Shown here piece after piece: positions 27,593-37,257 of a stretch of 64,000 bases of DNA. Under the pieces are notes generated by a model. The model saw nothing but the letters and a program-made list of their open reading frames with translations, did not search any database and was not told where the DNA came from. The position numbers and the translations under genes were made by a program. This DNA is from Thermoanaerobaculia bacterium (GTDB taxonomy: Bacteria > Acidobacteriota > Thermoanaerobaculia > Multivoradales > Multivoraceae). The DNA is taken from NCBI GenBank assembly GCA_963664405.1, contig OY761158.1, positions 2,208,001 through 2,272,000 of the forward strand, given 5' to 3'. The stretch's first letter is position 1; every line of letters begins with the position of its first letter.

Positions 27593-28246
27593 GTGAAAGC
27601 CGCCCCCTACATCACGAGGTGTGCCACCGCAGGCGCCATGCTCGGGCTACTGGCTCTCCCCACCGCTGCCGGCGCCTTGCCGCCGTCCGAGGCCGACGCG
27701 TCCGACGCCTGTGTGCCGGGCGGCACAACCACCTCCATGCCGGAGACCGCGTCGGAGTACGCTCGCATGTGCGGCGAGCATGTCGGAGTGCCACCGACGG
27801 TCAACTGCGGCGACGGGGTGCGAGTACCGATCCGTGTCGACGGTGTAGAGGTGTTCGAGAGCCCGGGCTACCGCAAGTGTGACAACCCCGACTTCAAGGG
27901 CAATTGCAACGTCGGCTCGAAGATCGGAAGGGTTCAGGGGACCGCCGCCGACGGCACCCCTCTCCCAGACGTCGTGTGGGCCTACCTCTGCCGGTCGGCG
28001 GGCCAGGAGCTCTTCGAGCGCGGCATCGCATCGGTCCAGATGATCGGGCATAACAAGACCACGGGAGCCAGCTGCTTCTTCGAATCGCCGGACGCGGTCG
28101 GGAATCTCGTTCAGGCGGAGTACCTCCGATTCGACGAGGACGGCCTTCTCGAAGGCGAGTTGCGGTGCGTGCGGCACGCATCGCCGGCGCTCACGACTTC
28201 ATCCTGGAGCTACCCGGGGGGTATGACACGAAACTCGGCACCGTGA
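27593..28246 (+). CDS. Secreted Cys-rich hypothetical protein, apparently truncated near 28165
   Basis: Signal peptide and several Cys; tail overlaps an ABC ATPase fragment in another frame. Confidence 0.55.
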   Translation: MKAAPYITRCATAGAMLGLLALPTAAGALPPSEADASDACVPGGTTTSMPETASEYARMCGEHVGVPPTVNCGDGVRVPIRVDGVEVFESPGYRKCDNPDFKGNCNVGSKIGRVQGTAADGTPLPDVVWAYLCRSAGQELFERGIASVQMIGHNKTTGASCFFESPDAVGNLVQAEYLRFDEDGLLEGELRCVRHASPALTTSSWSYPGGMTRNSAP

Positions 28247-28569
28247 CGAGTAAAGTGTCGGTAGGCCAGAAGCAGCGCATCGCCATCGCTCGCGGCCTCT
28301 TGCGCGACGCGCGCATCCTGATTCTCGACGAGCCGACCTCGGCCCTCGACCCGGAGACCGAGGAGTACCTGGTCGCCGCTCTCGACGAGGCGGCTAAAGA
28401 CCGTCTCGTCGTCATCATCGCTCACCGCCTGTCGACCATCGCCCACGCCGACAAGATCGTCTTCCTCGAGGACGGCGAGATCCGCGAGCAGGGCAGCCAC
28501 GCCGAGCTCATGGCCAGAACGGACGGCCACTACCGCGAGTTCGTGCGACTTCAGTCCGGGGCGTCGTAG
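28165..28569 (+). pseudogene. C-terminal fragment of ABC exporter ATPase
   Basis: VSVGQKQRIAIARG, ILDEPTSALD, IAHRLST; no Walker A or membrane domain upstream. Confidence 0.8.
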
Positions 28570-28631
28570 TAGACCGCTCGGTCTACTTTACTCCTCCGGA
28601 CGCGTATACTGCAGCCGCATCAACTATTTCC

Positions 28632-31304
28632 ATGAGCTCGCGTCCCGCCGTTTCCCGTCCCTTCCTCTTGCTTGCTCTGTTGCTGGGGGTGCCGGCTCTT
28701 TCGATAGGGCAGGGCGACTACATGGCCGCCGACCTCCGCGCCCGAGTAGAGAAGCTGCAGGGTGAAGCTTCCCAGTCTTCGATCTCTCCCCAGGTCCTGC
28801 TCGACCGCCTCGACACTCTGTGGGCGTGGGCCAACGCCTATGCCCTGGATGGGGGACGGCTCGCCATCGACTTCACCATGCAGTACACCCTCGAGCGTCT
28901 GGCGGCGCGCTCCATCTCGCCGAGCCCGAGCGACGCCCTCCTGGTAGATCTGGCAGGAGCCTTCGAGGATTATGTGCGAGGGATCCCCGAGCTGAGCCTG
29001 CCCTCGATGGGCGATCGGGAAGAGCTGTTGCGCTCGGTTGGGAGCTTCGTCGAGACTCAGGTGGCAGAGCTGACCCTGAAAGAGGAGCATCCCAACGCCT
29101 TGGGCACACTGCGGCTGGAGCCAAACCAGGCGCAACGCGCGGGCTCAATGGTGACCTTGGAGCAGACCTGGACGGTGGGTGATGTTCCCATGCGCGTCGG
29201 CGGCGGGATCGCTCTGACCAGCCGAGGCCGCTGGGGCTCACTGCAGACAACCGACGCCACCGCTCAGGGCTACACCAGCGTGCGCAGCTCTCGCGCAGGG
29301 GCGAGACTCGTACCTTCGGAGCCTTGGGCCAAGTGGACGAGCTTCATTACTCGCTTCACTCTGCAGTGGCGTCTGGAGGGAGCCGAGCTCCGCCCCGGCG
29401 ACACCGTCACGGTCACCTACGGCGACCGTTCGGGGGGTGGTCCCGGCTTCCGGGTCCACAGCTACTCCAACGACGCCATGGTTCTTCCCGTCCACCTCGA
29501 CCTCGAGGCAGAGGGGCACGTGCTACAGCCGACCTGGCCCTCCTTTCCGGTGATCGGAGCGGAGGAGACCTGCTACGTCGACCTCGTCGCCCCTTCGGTG
29601 GTCGCCGCCGGTGAGGATCTCGCTCTCACTCTGCGCGGCCAGGATTGCTGGAAGAACGTGAGCAGCGGAGAGAGCCCCGCTTACCGCGTGCTCCTCGGCG
29701 AGACCGCGGTCGCGACTCTGGCGGCAGGCGGCCCCGGGCTTCAGACGATCGAAGAAGTACGCCTCCCCGAGCCGGGCATCTATCGCTTCGAGGTGCGCTC
29801 CGAGGACGGCCGCCTGAGAGGAGGCTCCAACCCGGTGTGGGTCGAGGCGGCGCCTGAGCGCCGCGTTCTATGGGGCGACACCCACGGCCACTCGGGCTTC
29901 GCGGAAGGCCAGGGTCAGCCCGAGGGCTACTACCGCTTCGGCCGCGACGTGGCCAGGCTCGACTTCCTCAGTCTGTCCGAGCACGACATCTTCATGGACG
30001 ACGGCGAGTGGCAGGCGCTGCGCGACGCAGTCGATCGATTCAACGATCCCGGGAGATTCACCGCGCTCCTCGGCTATGAGTGGACGGCGCTGGTTCCTTT
30101 TGGTGGCCACCACAACGTCTTCTTCGCCGACGCTGAAGCCGGGCGCAAGCGGGTGCCGGTGCAGACCGCGCCCGTGCTGAGCGAGCTCTATCAAGGACTA
30201 CGGAAGGCCTACCAGACCGACGACGTTCTGGTCATTCCGCATGCCCACCAAGCGGCAGACTGGCGACAGAGCGACGGCGATCTCGAGCGCCTGATCGAGA
30301 TCGCCTCTGGGCACGGAACCTTCGGCTTCTTCGGCGACAAATACCTGGCAAACGGGTTCAAGGTCGGCTTCATCGGCTCGACCGACAACCACAACGGCCA
30401 CCCCGGTTATACCGGCATCGGCAACCAGCAGCTGGGAGGGCTTGCGGCGGTGCTGGCCCCGGAAAACACGACTCCGGCCCTCTTCAGCGCCATGCGCTCC
30501 CGCTCCACCTACGCCACCACCGGCGAGCGCATTCTGCTCGACGCCGATCTCGACGGCCATCCCATGGGCGCCGTCGTTGAGCCTACGGCCGACCGCACAC
30601 TACGGCTCCGGGTCTCGGGCACCACTCCCATCGACAACGTCGACGTGGTCAAGAACGGCCAGGTGATCTATCGCCGCAGCTTTCTGGGAGAACCTCAGGG
30701 AGTCGGCTCCACGGCACGGGTCCAGCTTCGCTTCGAGTCCTCTAGCGAAGTCTTCAACGGCCACCGCAACCCGCGCGGTCCCCGCCCCTGGAAAGGCAGC
30801 GTCCGCGTCGAGGGAGCCCACCTGGTCGGATTCGACGAGCCATGGTTCGCGCATCCGGATACCTTTCACCTCCGTCGCTCGGCAGCGGATGCCGAGGCTC
30901 TCGACTTTTCTTTCCGAACCAGGGGTCGCTCGAAATCTCTGGTCGTCGATCTCGAAGACACGACAGGCAAGACCGAGCTGGTGATCGACGTCGCGGCGGC
31001 GAGAGAGATCTCTGGATCTCCCGGAGCTGTGGATCGCGAACCGGTAAACCTTCCCTCAATCCGGCTGAGCTTTGATCTCGACGAGCTCGCCAAGGGCCCC
31101 GTCGGCCTGGAGCTCCCGGTCGTACGCAATATCGACCGAATCGAGGCCCGCCTGGTGCCCTCCGGCGCCGCCCTCGACGTCGACATGGAGTTCCGGGACC
31201 AGACCCGGCTCGCCGCCGGCGACGTCTACTATGTACGAGTGCGGCAGCTGGATGGCGGGGTCGCCTGGTCGAGCCCGTGGTTCGTAGGCGCCGCAAATCG
31301 GTAA
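28632..31304 (+). CDS. Secreted DUF3604-like / PHP-type metallo-protein
   Basis: Signal peptide; WGDTHGHS, LSEHD, GHHNVFF, IPHAH, STDNH, YYVRVRQ..AWSSPWF. Confidence 0.8.
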   Translation: MSSRPAVSRPFLLLALLLGVPALSIGQGDYMAADLRARVEKLQGEASQSSISPQVLLDRLDTLWAWANAYALDGGRLAIDFTMQYTLERLAARSISPSPSDALLVDLAGAFEDYVRGIPELSLPSMGDREELLRSVGSFVETQVAELTLKEEHPNALGTLRLEPNQAQRAGSMVTLEQTWTVGDVPMRVGGGIALTSRGRWGSLQTTDATAQGYTSVRSSRAGARLVPSEPWAKWTSFITRFTLQWRLEGAELRPGDTVTVTYGDRSGGGPGFRVHSYSNDAMVLPVHLDLEAEGHVLQPTWPSFPVIGAEETCYVDLVAPSVVAAGEDLALTLRGQDCWKNVSSGESPAYRVLLGETAVATLAAGGPGLQTIEEVRLPEPGIYRFEVRSEDGRLRGGSNPVWVEAAPERRVLWGDTHGHSGFAEGQGQPEGYYRFGRDVARLDFLSLSEHDIFMDDGEWQALRDAVDRFNDPGRFTALLGYEWTALVPFGGHHNVFFADAEAGRKRVPVQTAPVLSELYQGLRKAYQTDDVLVIPHAHQAADWRQSDGDLERLIEIASGHGTFGFFGDKYLANGFKVGFIGSTDNHNGHPGYTGIGNQQLGGLAAVLAPENTTPALFSAMRSRSTYATTGERILLDADLDGHPMGAVVEPTADRTLRLRVSGTTPIDNVDVVKNGQVIYRRSFLGEPQGVGSTARVQLRFESSSEVFNGHRNPRGPRPWKGSVRVEGAHLVGFDEPWFAHPDTFHLRRSAADAEALDFSFRTRGRSKSLVVDLEDTTGKTELVIDVAAAREISGSPGAVDREPVNLPSIRLSFDLDELAKGPVGLELPVVRNIDRIEARLVPSGAALDVDMEFRDQTRLAAGDVYYVRVRQLDGGVAWSSPWFVGAANR

Positions 31305-31359
31305 TATAGGCCTCCCAGCAACGAAACGCTCGCCTCTCGGAAGGCGAAGGAGAGTCGAA

Positions 31360-32469
31360 ATGAGAGTAGTCCCCAAGCTCGTCCTGATCGCCATCTGCAC
31401 CCTCGCCTTCGCCTGCAGCCAAGCCGCGGACGACACGGCGTCTCCTATGGCCGCGGAAGTGCCGCCTGATCTGGGGACCGACACCCACAACGTCGACGAG
31501 CTGGCGCCGGGCGTCTACTTCCTCCACGAGGCGGGGGCGATCACGGTCATGAGCAACTCTCTCGTGATCGTGAATGACGACGACGTGGTGGTGGTCGACT
31601 CCAACGTCACGCCGGCCGCCGCCGAGGGGCTCCTCGCCACCATTCGGGGGATCACCGATAAGCCGATCTCTTACCTCATCAACACCCACTACCACTTCGA
31701 CCATGCCCACGGGAACCAGTCGTTTCCGCCGGAGGTGCTCATCGTCGGTCACGAGTACACACGAGAGAAGTTGGCACCTGCCGACGCGCTCGAGGACGCT
31801 ACCTTCGTCAGCTTCAAGGGCCTCTTCCGCCAGAACCTGGAAAGCCTCGAAGCCGACTACCAGGTTGCGGACGCCGCAGCCGACGGGGCTGCACTCGCGG
31901 ATCTCGAGGGGCAGATCGAGTTGCTGAGCAATCACATCGAGGCGATGGAGGAGGTCGTAGCGACGCCCCCCGAGATCACCCTGAGCAAGAACATGACACT
32001 TCATCGCGGTAGCCGCGAGATCCAGCTCCACTTCCTCGGCCGCGGTCACACCGGAGGCGATGTAGTCGTGTTCCTGCCCAAGGAGAAGATCGCCTTCACC
32101 GGCGACCTTCTGGTTCCAGGGCCTTCCTACATGGGGGACGCCTTCGTCGACGAATGGCTCGAGACTCTCGACCGCCTGAAAGAGCTCGACTTCGAGACCA
32201 TCGCCCCCGGGCACGGCATGCCCTTCAGCGATCGGCAACAGATCGACAATGTCCAGGCCTACATGAAGGACGTATGGGACAAGACGGTAGCCCTACGTAA
32301 AGAAGGCGCCTCGGCTCTCGAAACAGCACTACGTCTGGACCTGGGGGCCCACGAGCCCACTCTCGGCGCCTACACCTCGCCACTACTGCCGTCGGGAATC
32401 CTCGAGCCAGGCCTCTACCCGGCTGCTGTCGAGCGCATCTACAAGGTTCTCGATGAGCGGGGTGATTGA
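31360..32469 (+). CDS. MBL-fold metallo-hydrolase lipoprotein
   Basis: AFAC lipobox; THYHFDH, GHTGGD, FTGDL, APGHG. Confidence 0.9.
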   Translation: MRVVPKLVLIAICTLAFACSQAADDTASPMAAEVPPDLGTDTHNVDELAPGVYFLHEAGAITVMSNSLVIVNDDDVVVVDSNVTPAAAEGLLATIRGITDKPISYLINTHYHFDHAHGNQSFPPEVLIVGHEYTREKLAPADALEDATFVSFKGLFRQNLESLEADYQVADAAADGAALADLEGQIELLSNHIEAMEEVVATPPEITLSKNMTLHRGSREIQLHFLGRGHTGGDVVVFLPKEKIAFTGDLLVPGPSYMGDAFVDEWLETLDRLKELDFETIAPGHGMPFSDRQQIDNVQAYMKDVWDKTVALRKEGASALETALRLDLGAHEPTLGAYTSPLLPSGILEPGLYPAAVERIYKVLDERGD

Positions 32470-32483
32470 GGCGCTGGTCTTTC

Positions 32484-33179
32484 CTACCAAGTCTCGACGG
32501 AGGGACGTACGAGGTGCTCGAAGCTCCATGCCGACCGCGGCTGCTTGGTCAAGAACAGTGCCGCGTCGGCGACCGCGGCAGGCTGAATGAAGGCATCGTC
32601 GGGATGGTCAGGGAAGTGCTCGCGAGCTTGCGGTGAGTCGACACCGCCATCGAGGATCAGGTAGGCGACGTGGACGCCTTTCGGTCCATAGGCCCGGGCA
32701 AAAGACTCGAGCATGATGCGCTGCCCGGCCTTGGCCGAGGCGAAGCTCAGCGTATTCGCTCGTCCGCGAAAAGTAGCACCGGCTCCGATGGCGACGAAGT
32801 TGCCGGAGCCCCGCTCCGCCATGAGCGGTAGTAGCCGCTTGCCGAAAGCGAAGCAGCCGCGTACGTTGATCTGCCAGTCATTCTCCAGATGCTCGACCTC
32901 GAGATCGTCGAGAGCAGAGAATCGACCAGGCCCGGCGTTGAACACCACCGTGTCGACAGCGCCGCGATCCGCGAGGATGCGATCGAGAGTCGCACCAATC
33001 GAAGCCACGTCCGAGACGTCGCAAACATGGGCGCTGCCGCCAAGCTCCTCGGCGAGCTCAGCTGCGAAACCCGCACGACGAGCTAACCCCGCGACATGAT
33101 CGCCCTGTTGCGCGAAGGCGCGAGCGATGGCGGCACCATTGCCAGGGCCGACGCCGACGACCACAGTGGTTCTCTTCAC
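32484..33179 (-). CDS. SDR-family oxidoreductase (atypical, FxxxK)
   Basis: VGVGPGNG, FNAG, FASAK, GVHVAY. Confidence 0.88.
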   Translation of the reverse strand: MKRTTVVVGVGPGNGAAIARAFAQQGDHVAGLARRAGFAAELAEELGGSAHVCDVSDVASIGATLDRILADRGAVDTVVFNAGPGRFSALDDLEVEHLENDWQINVRGCFAFGKRLLPLMAERGSGNFVAIGAGATFRGRANTLSFASAKAGQRIMLESFARAYGPKGVHVAYLILDGGVDSPQAREHFPDHPDDAFIQPAAVADAALFLTKQPRSAWSFEHLVRPSVETW

Positions 33180-33189
33180 AGTGAGGGGG

Positions 33190-33756
33190 CTAGCTCGCCT
33201 GCAGGTAGGGATCCAGATCCATCGCCGTCACCCCCTCCAGAACCTGGCGATTGCCGGGAAGGAGCTTGTGACGCCACACTGGCAGATAGTCTTCCATCCC
33301 CGAGATCAGCTCGTCGACGGTGAAGAGATCGAGGATCTTGTTGAAGAAGCCGAGCATCGCCATGTTGGCGACTTGTGCCGCGCCGGCCTGAGTTGCCAAC
33401 TCGAAGATAGGGATGCCGTAGGAGATGACTCCGTTCAGGGGTGGCGGGTCGAAGATCTTGGAGCTGTCCCAGAGGATCATGCCGCCGTTCAGGATGCGGG
33501 GCCCGTAGGACTCGTAACCATCGAGGTCGAAGGCCATCACGGCAGTGAAAGAATCGATGACCGGGTTGTCGATCGTCCCCTCCGAAACCACCAGCGTGCC
33601 TTCGACCAAACCGCCTCGAGTCTCGGGGTTGTAGTCGGAGGTGTAAGCCATCTGCCAGCCCTTGGCGGCGGCGGAATACCCCAGCGTCTTGAGGCAGGTG
33701 AGGACTCCCGCGCCCCCCTTGCCCGCACCGGCGATCCTTTCTACACGCATCGTCAC
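33190..33756 (-). CDS. 2-oxoacid:ferredoxin oxidoreductase gamma subunit
   Basis: IAGAGKGG, YNPETRGG, ANMAMLG; operon context. Confidence 0.85.
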   Translation of the reverse strand: MTMRVERIAGAGKGGAGVLTCLKTLGYSAAAKGWQMAYTSDYNPETRGGLVEGTLVVSEGTIDNPVIDSFTAVMAFDLDGYESYGPRILNGGMILWDSSKIFDPPPLNGVISYGIPIFELATQAGAAQVANMAMLGFFNKILDLFTVDELISGMEDYLPVWRHKLLPGNRQVLEGVTAMDLDPYLQAS

Positions 33757-34571
33757 TTCACCTTGATCGGTCGGTAGCCTTCCGGCCTGCTCTGCTCCCC
33801 CATGACGAAGTACTGCATGATCGAGTCTTCGATGAACTCGTTCGCCGACTCAGGGGTGAAAGTGACCCCGCCGCCCTTCCAGTTGACGTTGCAGTTGCCG
33901 AGGGCGTCGACGATCTTGATTCCGCGGTGGCCATCGATATGGACCTCGAAGGCCCTTTTTATGATGCGCTTGGCTTCGTTATATCGAGGTGCGGTGGTGA
34001 GAGCACAGCGTGCCGCATAGGCGACGCCGGGGAAGTGAGCCAGGGTCCGGATGATGTCCATCGGATAGCCCATCACCGACTCGTCTCGACCGCTCTGGAA
34101 GGTCGTGGTCGGCACTTCTTTGGTCGTCGTGGGCCCGGTCTGACCGCCGGTCATGCCGTAGGCGTTGTTGTTGTAGATGAGAACGATGAAGTTCTCCGCC
34201 CGGTTGCAGGCGTGCATCAGGCCGCTGAGACCGATGGCACAGGAGTCACCGTCGCCCGAATACTGAATCACCACCCGGTCCGGCAGCATGCGGGCCATAC
34301 CGGCGCTTACGTCACTGGCACGGCCGTGAGGACTGGCGACCGCATGCACTTTGAGAATCGCCAGCATCGATCCCCCGCAGCCGACGCCGGCGCAGAGGAT
34401 GGTCCTCTCCTGAATGCCGAGCTCATCGATCACTTCGGCGAGGATCTGACTCAGGGAGCCATGCCCGCAGCCCGGACACCAGGTCGAAGGCAGCCCGGTC
34501 ATGGTGTCGAGAGCGGCGCTGACCTTGTCGGCCGCTACGTCTGCGGGAGGCTGATAGATCTCAACAGTCAT
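33753..34571 (-). CDS. 2-oxoacid:ferredoxin oxidoreductase beta (TPP-binding) subunit
   Basis: WCPGCGHG, GVGC, HGRA, GDGD...NNNAYGMTGGQ. Confidence 0.93.
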   Translation of the reverse strand: MTVEIYQPPADVAADKVSAALDTMTGLPSTWCPGCGHGSLSQILAEVIDELGIQERTILCAGVGCGGSMLAILKVHAVASPHGRASDVSAGMARMLPDRVVIQYSGDGDSCAIGLSGLMHACNRAENFIVLIYNNNAYGMTGGQTGPTTTKEVPTTTFQSGRDESVMGYPMDIIRTLAHFPGVAYAARCALTTAPRYNEAKRIIKRAFEVHIDGHRGIKIVDALGNCNVNWKGGGVTFTPESANEFIEDSIMQYFVMGEQSRPEGYRPIKVK

Positions 34572-34581
34572 CGTTCTCTCC

Positions 34582-35847
34582 TCAGTACTTGCCGACGTCC
34601 TTCACCACTGTGCTCTTGCGGATACCGAGGAGCTCGTCGACAACTCCCTGCACGCCCACCTCACCGCCCCATTCCCGCGACAGCCTTTCGAAGGAGTCTC
34701 GTCGCGCCGGAGCCATGCTGTCGGCGACGTGAGAGGCGACGGGATGCACGTCTCCGAACTCGCGACGCGTCACCTGTTCGCCGCGGGCGATGGCGTGGAT
34801 CGCCTCTTCGACTGCGCTCACCGGCACGGTCAGAGCGGGTTGGCCGAGAAAATGGACCGGACAGCGACCGTTGACCGCCAACCTGACGTCCACCAGAGCC
34901 TGCCCGAAGTTCATCTCGGTCACCAACACCTCGCGAGCCGTACCCGCCAGCTCTCCAAGCTGCTCTTCGGGGAAGGGGAAGATGGTGATCGGGCGGAAGA
35001 GGCCCGCCTTGACTCCCTTGGCTCGCGCTCGCTTCACCGCCTCCTTGGCGATGCGGGCCATGATGCCGTAGGCGACGACGACGATCTCCGCGTCGTCGCA
35101 GTGGACGGCTTCGTAACGCACCTCGCGCTGGCGCATCACCTCGTATTTGGCCTGGAGCTCGTAGCAGATCATGGTGTCGAGCTCGGGGAAGCGTGCCGCC
35201 GCCACCACGCGCCGGCCTTCGCTCAGCGGCTGGTCGACAGCCCAGGTTTTCTCCGGGATCTCGCGCTCTGGCACCGTAAAGGGCTGGAGAGTCTCGATCA
35301 TGTTCGACATCTTGCCGTCGATCGAAACGATCACCGGCGTCGAGTAGATGTCGGCGATGTCGAAGGCCTCGGCCGTCAGCTGGGCGGTCTCGGTGATGGA
35401 GTCGGGGACCAGCAGCGGCAGATGGTAGTCGCCGTTGCCCAGCCCCTTGAGCATACGGATATCCGACTGCGCCGGGTAAAGGCCTCCCGAGACGCCGACG
35501 TGCGCACGGGTGATCGCGCCAAGTACCATCGGTGTCTCCGCACCGGCGGCGTTGGTCAGGCCGTCGATCATCAAGGTCAAGCCCGGCCCCACCGATGCCG
35601 TCATTACCCGGCGCCCGCAGCAGGCAGCGCCGAAGATCGCCATGATCGAGGAGATCTCGTCGCCCAACTGCTGGAAGATGCCGCCGTGCTCGGGCAACGC
35701 CTGAGAGATGTACTCGAGGAGCTCGGTCTGTGGGGTGATCGGGTAGCCGGTGAAGTAGTCGAGGCCGGCGACCATCGAGCCAATGCCCATGGCGTGGGCG
35801 CCCATGGTCGGCTTGCCGATCGGCGGCTGGAAGCCGTTGTCCTTCAT
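34582..35847 (-). CDS. 2-oxoacid:ferredoxin oxidoreductase alpha subunit
   Basis: GYPITPQTE, MTASVGPG, FRPITIFPFP, EMNFGQ; start at ATG 35847. Confidence 0.93.
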   Translation of the reverse strand: MKDNGFQPPIGKPTMGAHAMGIGSMVAGLDYFTGYPITPQTELLEYISQALPEHGGIFQQLGDEISSIMAIFGAACCGRRVMTASVGPGLTLMIDGLTNAAGAETPMVLGAITRAHVGVSGGLYPAQSDIRMLKGLGNGDYHLPLLVPDSITETAQLTAEAFDIADIYSTPVIVSIDGKMSNMIETLQPFTVPEREIPEKTWAVDQPLSEGRRVVAAARFPELDTMICYELQAKYEVMRQREVRYEAVHCDDAEIVVVAYGIMARIAKEAVKRARAKGVKAGLFRPITIFPFPEEQLGELAGTAREVLVTEMNFGQALVDVRLAVNGRCPVHFLGQPALTVPVSAVEEAIHAIARGEQVTRREFGDVHPVASHVADSMAPARRDSFERLSREWGGEVGVQGVVDELLGIRKSTVVKDVGKY

Positions 35848-36125
35848 GCCACTTCCTCGTGGGGGATAGGTTTGGCGAAACGAAAGACTTCGATCGCCTG
35901 GTCGGGGCAGATCATCGCGCAGAGATTGCACGCCAGGCAGTACTCCATGCCCTCGACCGCAACCGGGATCCAACCCATCCAGTTCACGCTCTCGGGACCG
36001 GCTTTGACGATGATGTCCACCGGACAGGCGGGAATGCACAGATCACAGCCCTTGCAGCGCTCCTCGATGATGCGGATATACCCGCGCTGGGCCTTGGGTC
36101 TGGGTACGGGATTTGAAGCAGGCAT
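35844..36125 (-). CDS. 2x[4Fe-4S] ferredoxin (delta subunit)
   Basis: CKGCDLCIPACP and CLACNLCAMICP. Confidence 0.93.
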   Translation of the reverse strand: MPASNPVPRPKAQRGYIRIIEERCKGCDLCIPACPVDIIVKAGPESVNWMGWIPVAVEGMEYCLACNLCAMICPDQAIEVFRFAKPIPHEEVA

Positions 36126-36136
36126 AAAGATCTACC

Positions 36137-37108
36137 TTAACAGACGCGATAACGCGGCTCTTCGCCGCGCCCGGCCCTGCTGATGTTCTCGAAGCTCTCC
36201 TCGGCAACATAGCGAGTGCATTCGATGGTGTTGCCACCACAGTGGGGAGTAACGAAGCAGTTGGGCGCCTCCCACAGCGGATTGTCGAGAGGTACCGGCT
36301 CCTCGACGAAGGTGTCGACCGCCGCGCCGGCCAGGTGCCCCTCGTGCAGCACCGACGCCAGCTCGGCCTCGTCGAGAATGCCGCCGCGAGCCGAATTGAT
36401 CAGGTACGAGCCCTTCTTCATTCGCAATAGCTCTTTGCGCCCGATCAGACCCGCGGTCTCTGAGTTGAGAGGAACATGCAGACTGAGAACGTCGCTCGTC
36501 TCGAGGATCTCGTCGAAGCTGACCCGACGAGCGCCGACACTTTCTTCCGACGCGTCGGCCGGACGCTCTCGACCCGGCGCGCTGGCGGTCAGAATCTCCA
36601 TACCGAAGGCGCGGGCGCGCACCGCCACCTCATGCCCGATCGCCCCATAACCGAGGATCCCCAGGGTCCGGCCCCGGGCCTCGTGCATGCCGCTGGCGAC
36701 CAACCCGGGCCAGGGGAAGAGGCAGTCGCGCGCCGCCTGCTGAAGATCCGGAACGCGGCGCAGTATGTAGAGCATTGCAAGGATCACGTACTCGGCCACC
36801 GACACTGCATTCGCCGCAAAAACATTGGCGACCGGGATGCCGAGGCGGCGAGCTCCATCGAGGTCGATGCAGTCGAGACCGACGCCCACCCACTGCACCA
36901 GCTTGACGCCTTGCAGCCGCTCGAGGAGCTTTCCTTCGAGAGGGGTGTGCACCGCCATCAGCATGGCGTCCGCGTCCTTCAGCACGTCTTCGGTCATCTC
37001 CTCGGCGGAGTGCACAGTGCGCCTCTGCCAGTGCTCAGGAAAAGGAGGAATGATCGTCGGCAGCGGACCGGGTGGAAGGAGACAAATGACGTTCATGGAG
37101 AGCTCCAA
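36137..37108 (-). CDS. D-isomer-specific 2-hydroxyacid dehydrogenase
   Basis: GILGYGAIG, LHVPL, INSARGG, DTFVEEP, TPHCGG. Confidence 0.92.
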   Translation of the reverse strand: MELSMNVICLLPPGPLPTIIPPFPEHWQRRTVHSAEEMTEDVLKDADAMLMAVHTPLEGKLLERLQGVKLVQWVGVGLDCIDLDGARRLGIPVANVFAANAVSVAEYVILAMLYILRRVPDLQQAARDCLFPWPGLVASGMHEARGRTLGILGYGAIGHEVAVRARAFGMEILTASAPGRERPADASEESVGARRVSFDEILETSDVLSLHVPLNSETAGLIGRKELLRMKKGSYLINSARGGILDEAELASVLHEGHLAGAAVDTFVEEPVPLDNPLWEAPNCFVTPHCGGNTIECTRYVAEESFENISRAGRGEEPRYRVC

Positions 37109-37257
37109 AGTAGACCGATCGGTATACTAACCTGCCCCTATCCCCCCGGACAAGCGTCAGAGAGTCGATCGAGAAAAGGAGGCTCCCGAGCATGACAGCC
37201 TAGGCCGGCGAGGACTGAGCGCCGACCGAGAGCGTTGTCCTTGATCCGGACCGAGAC

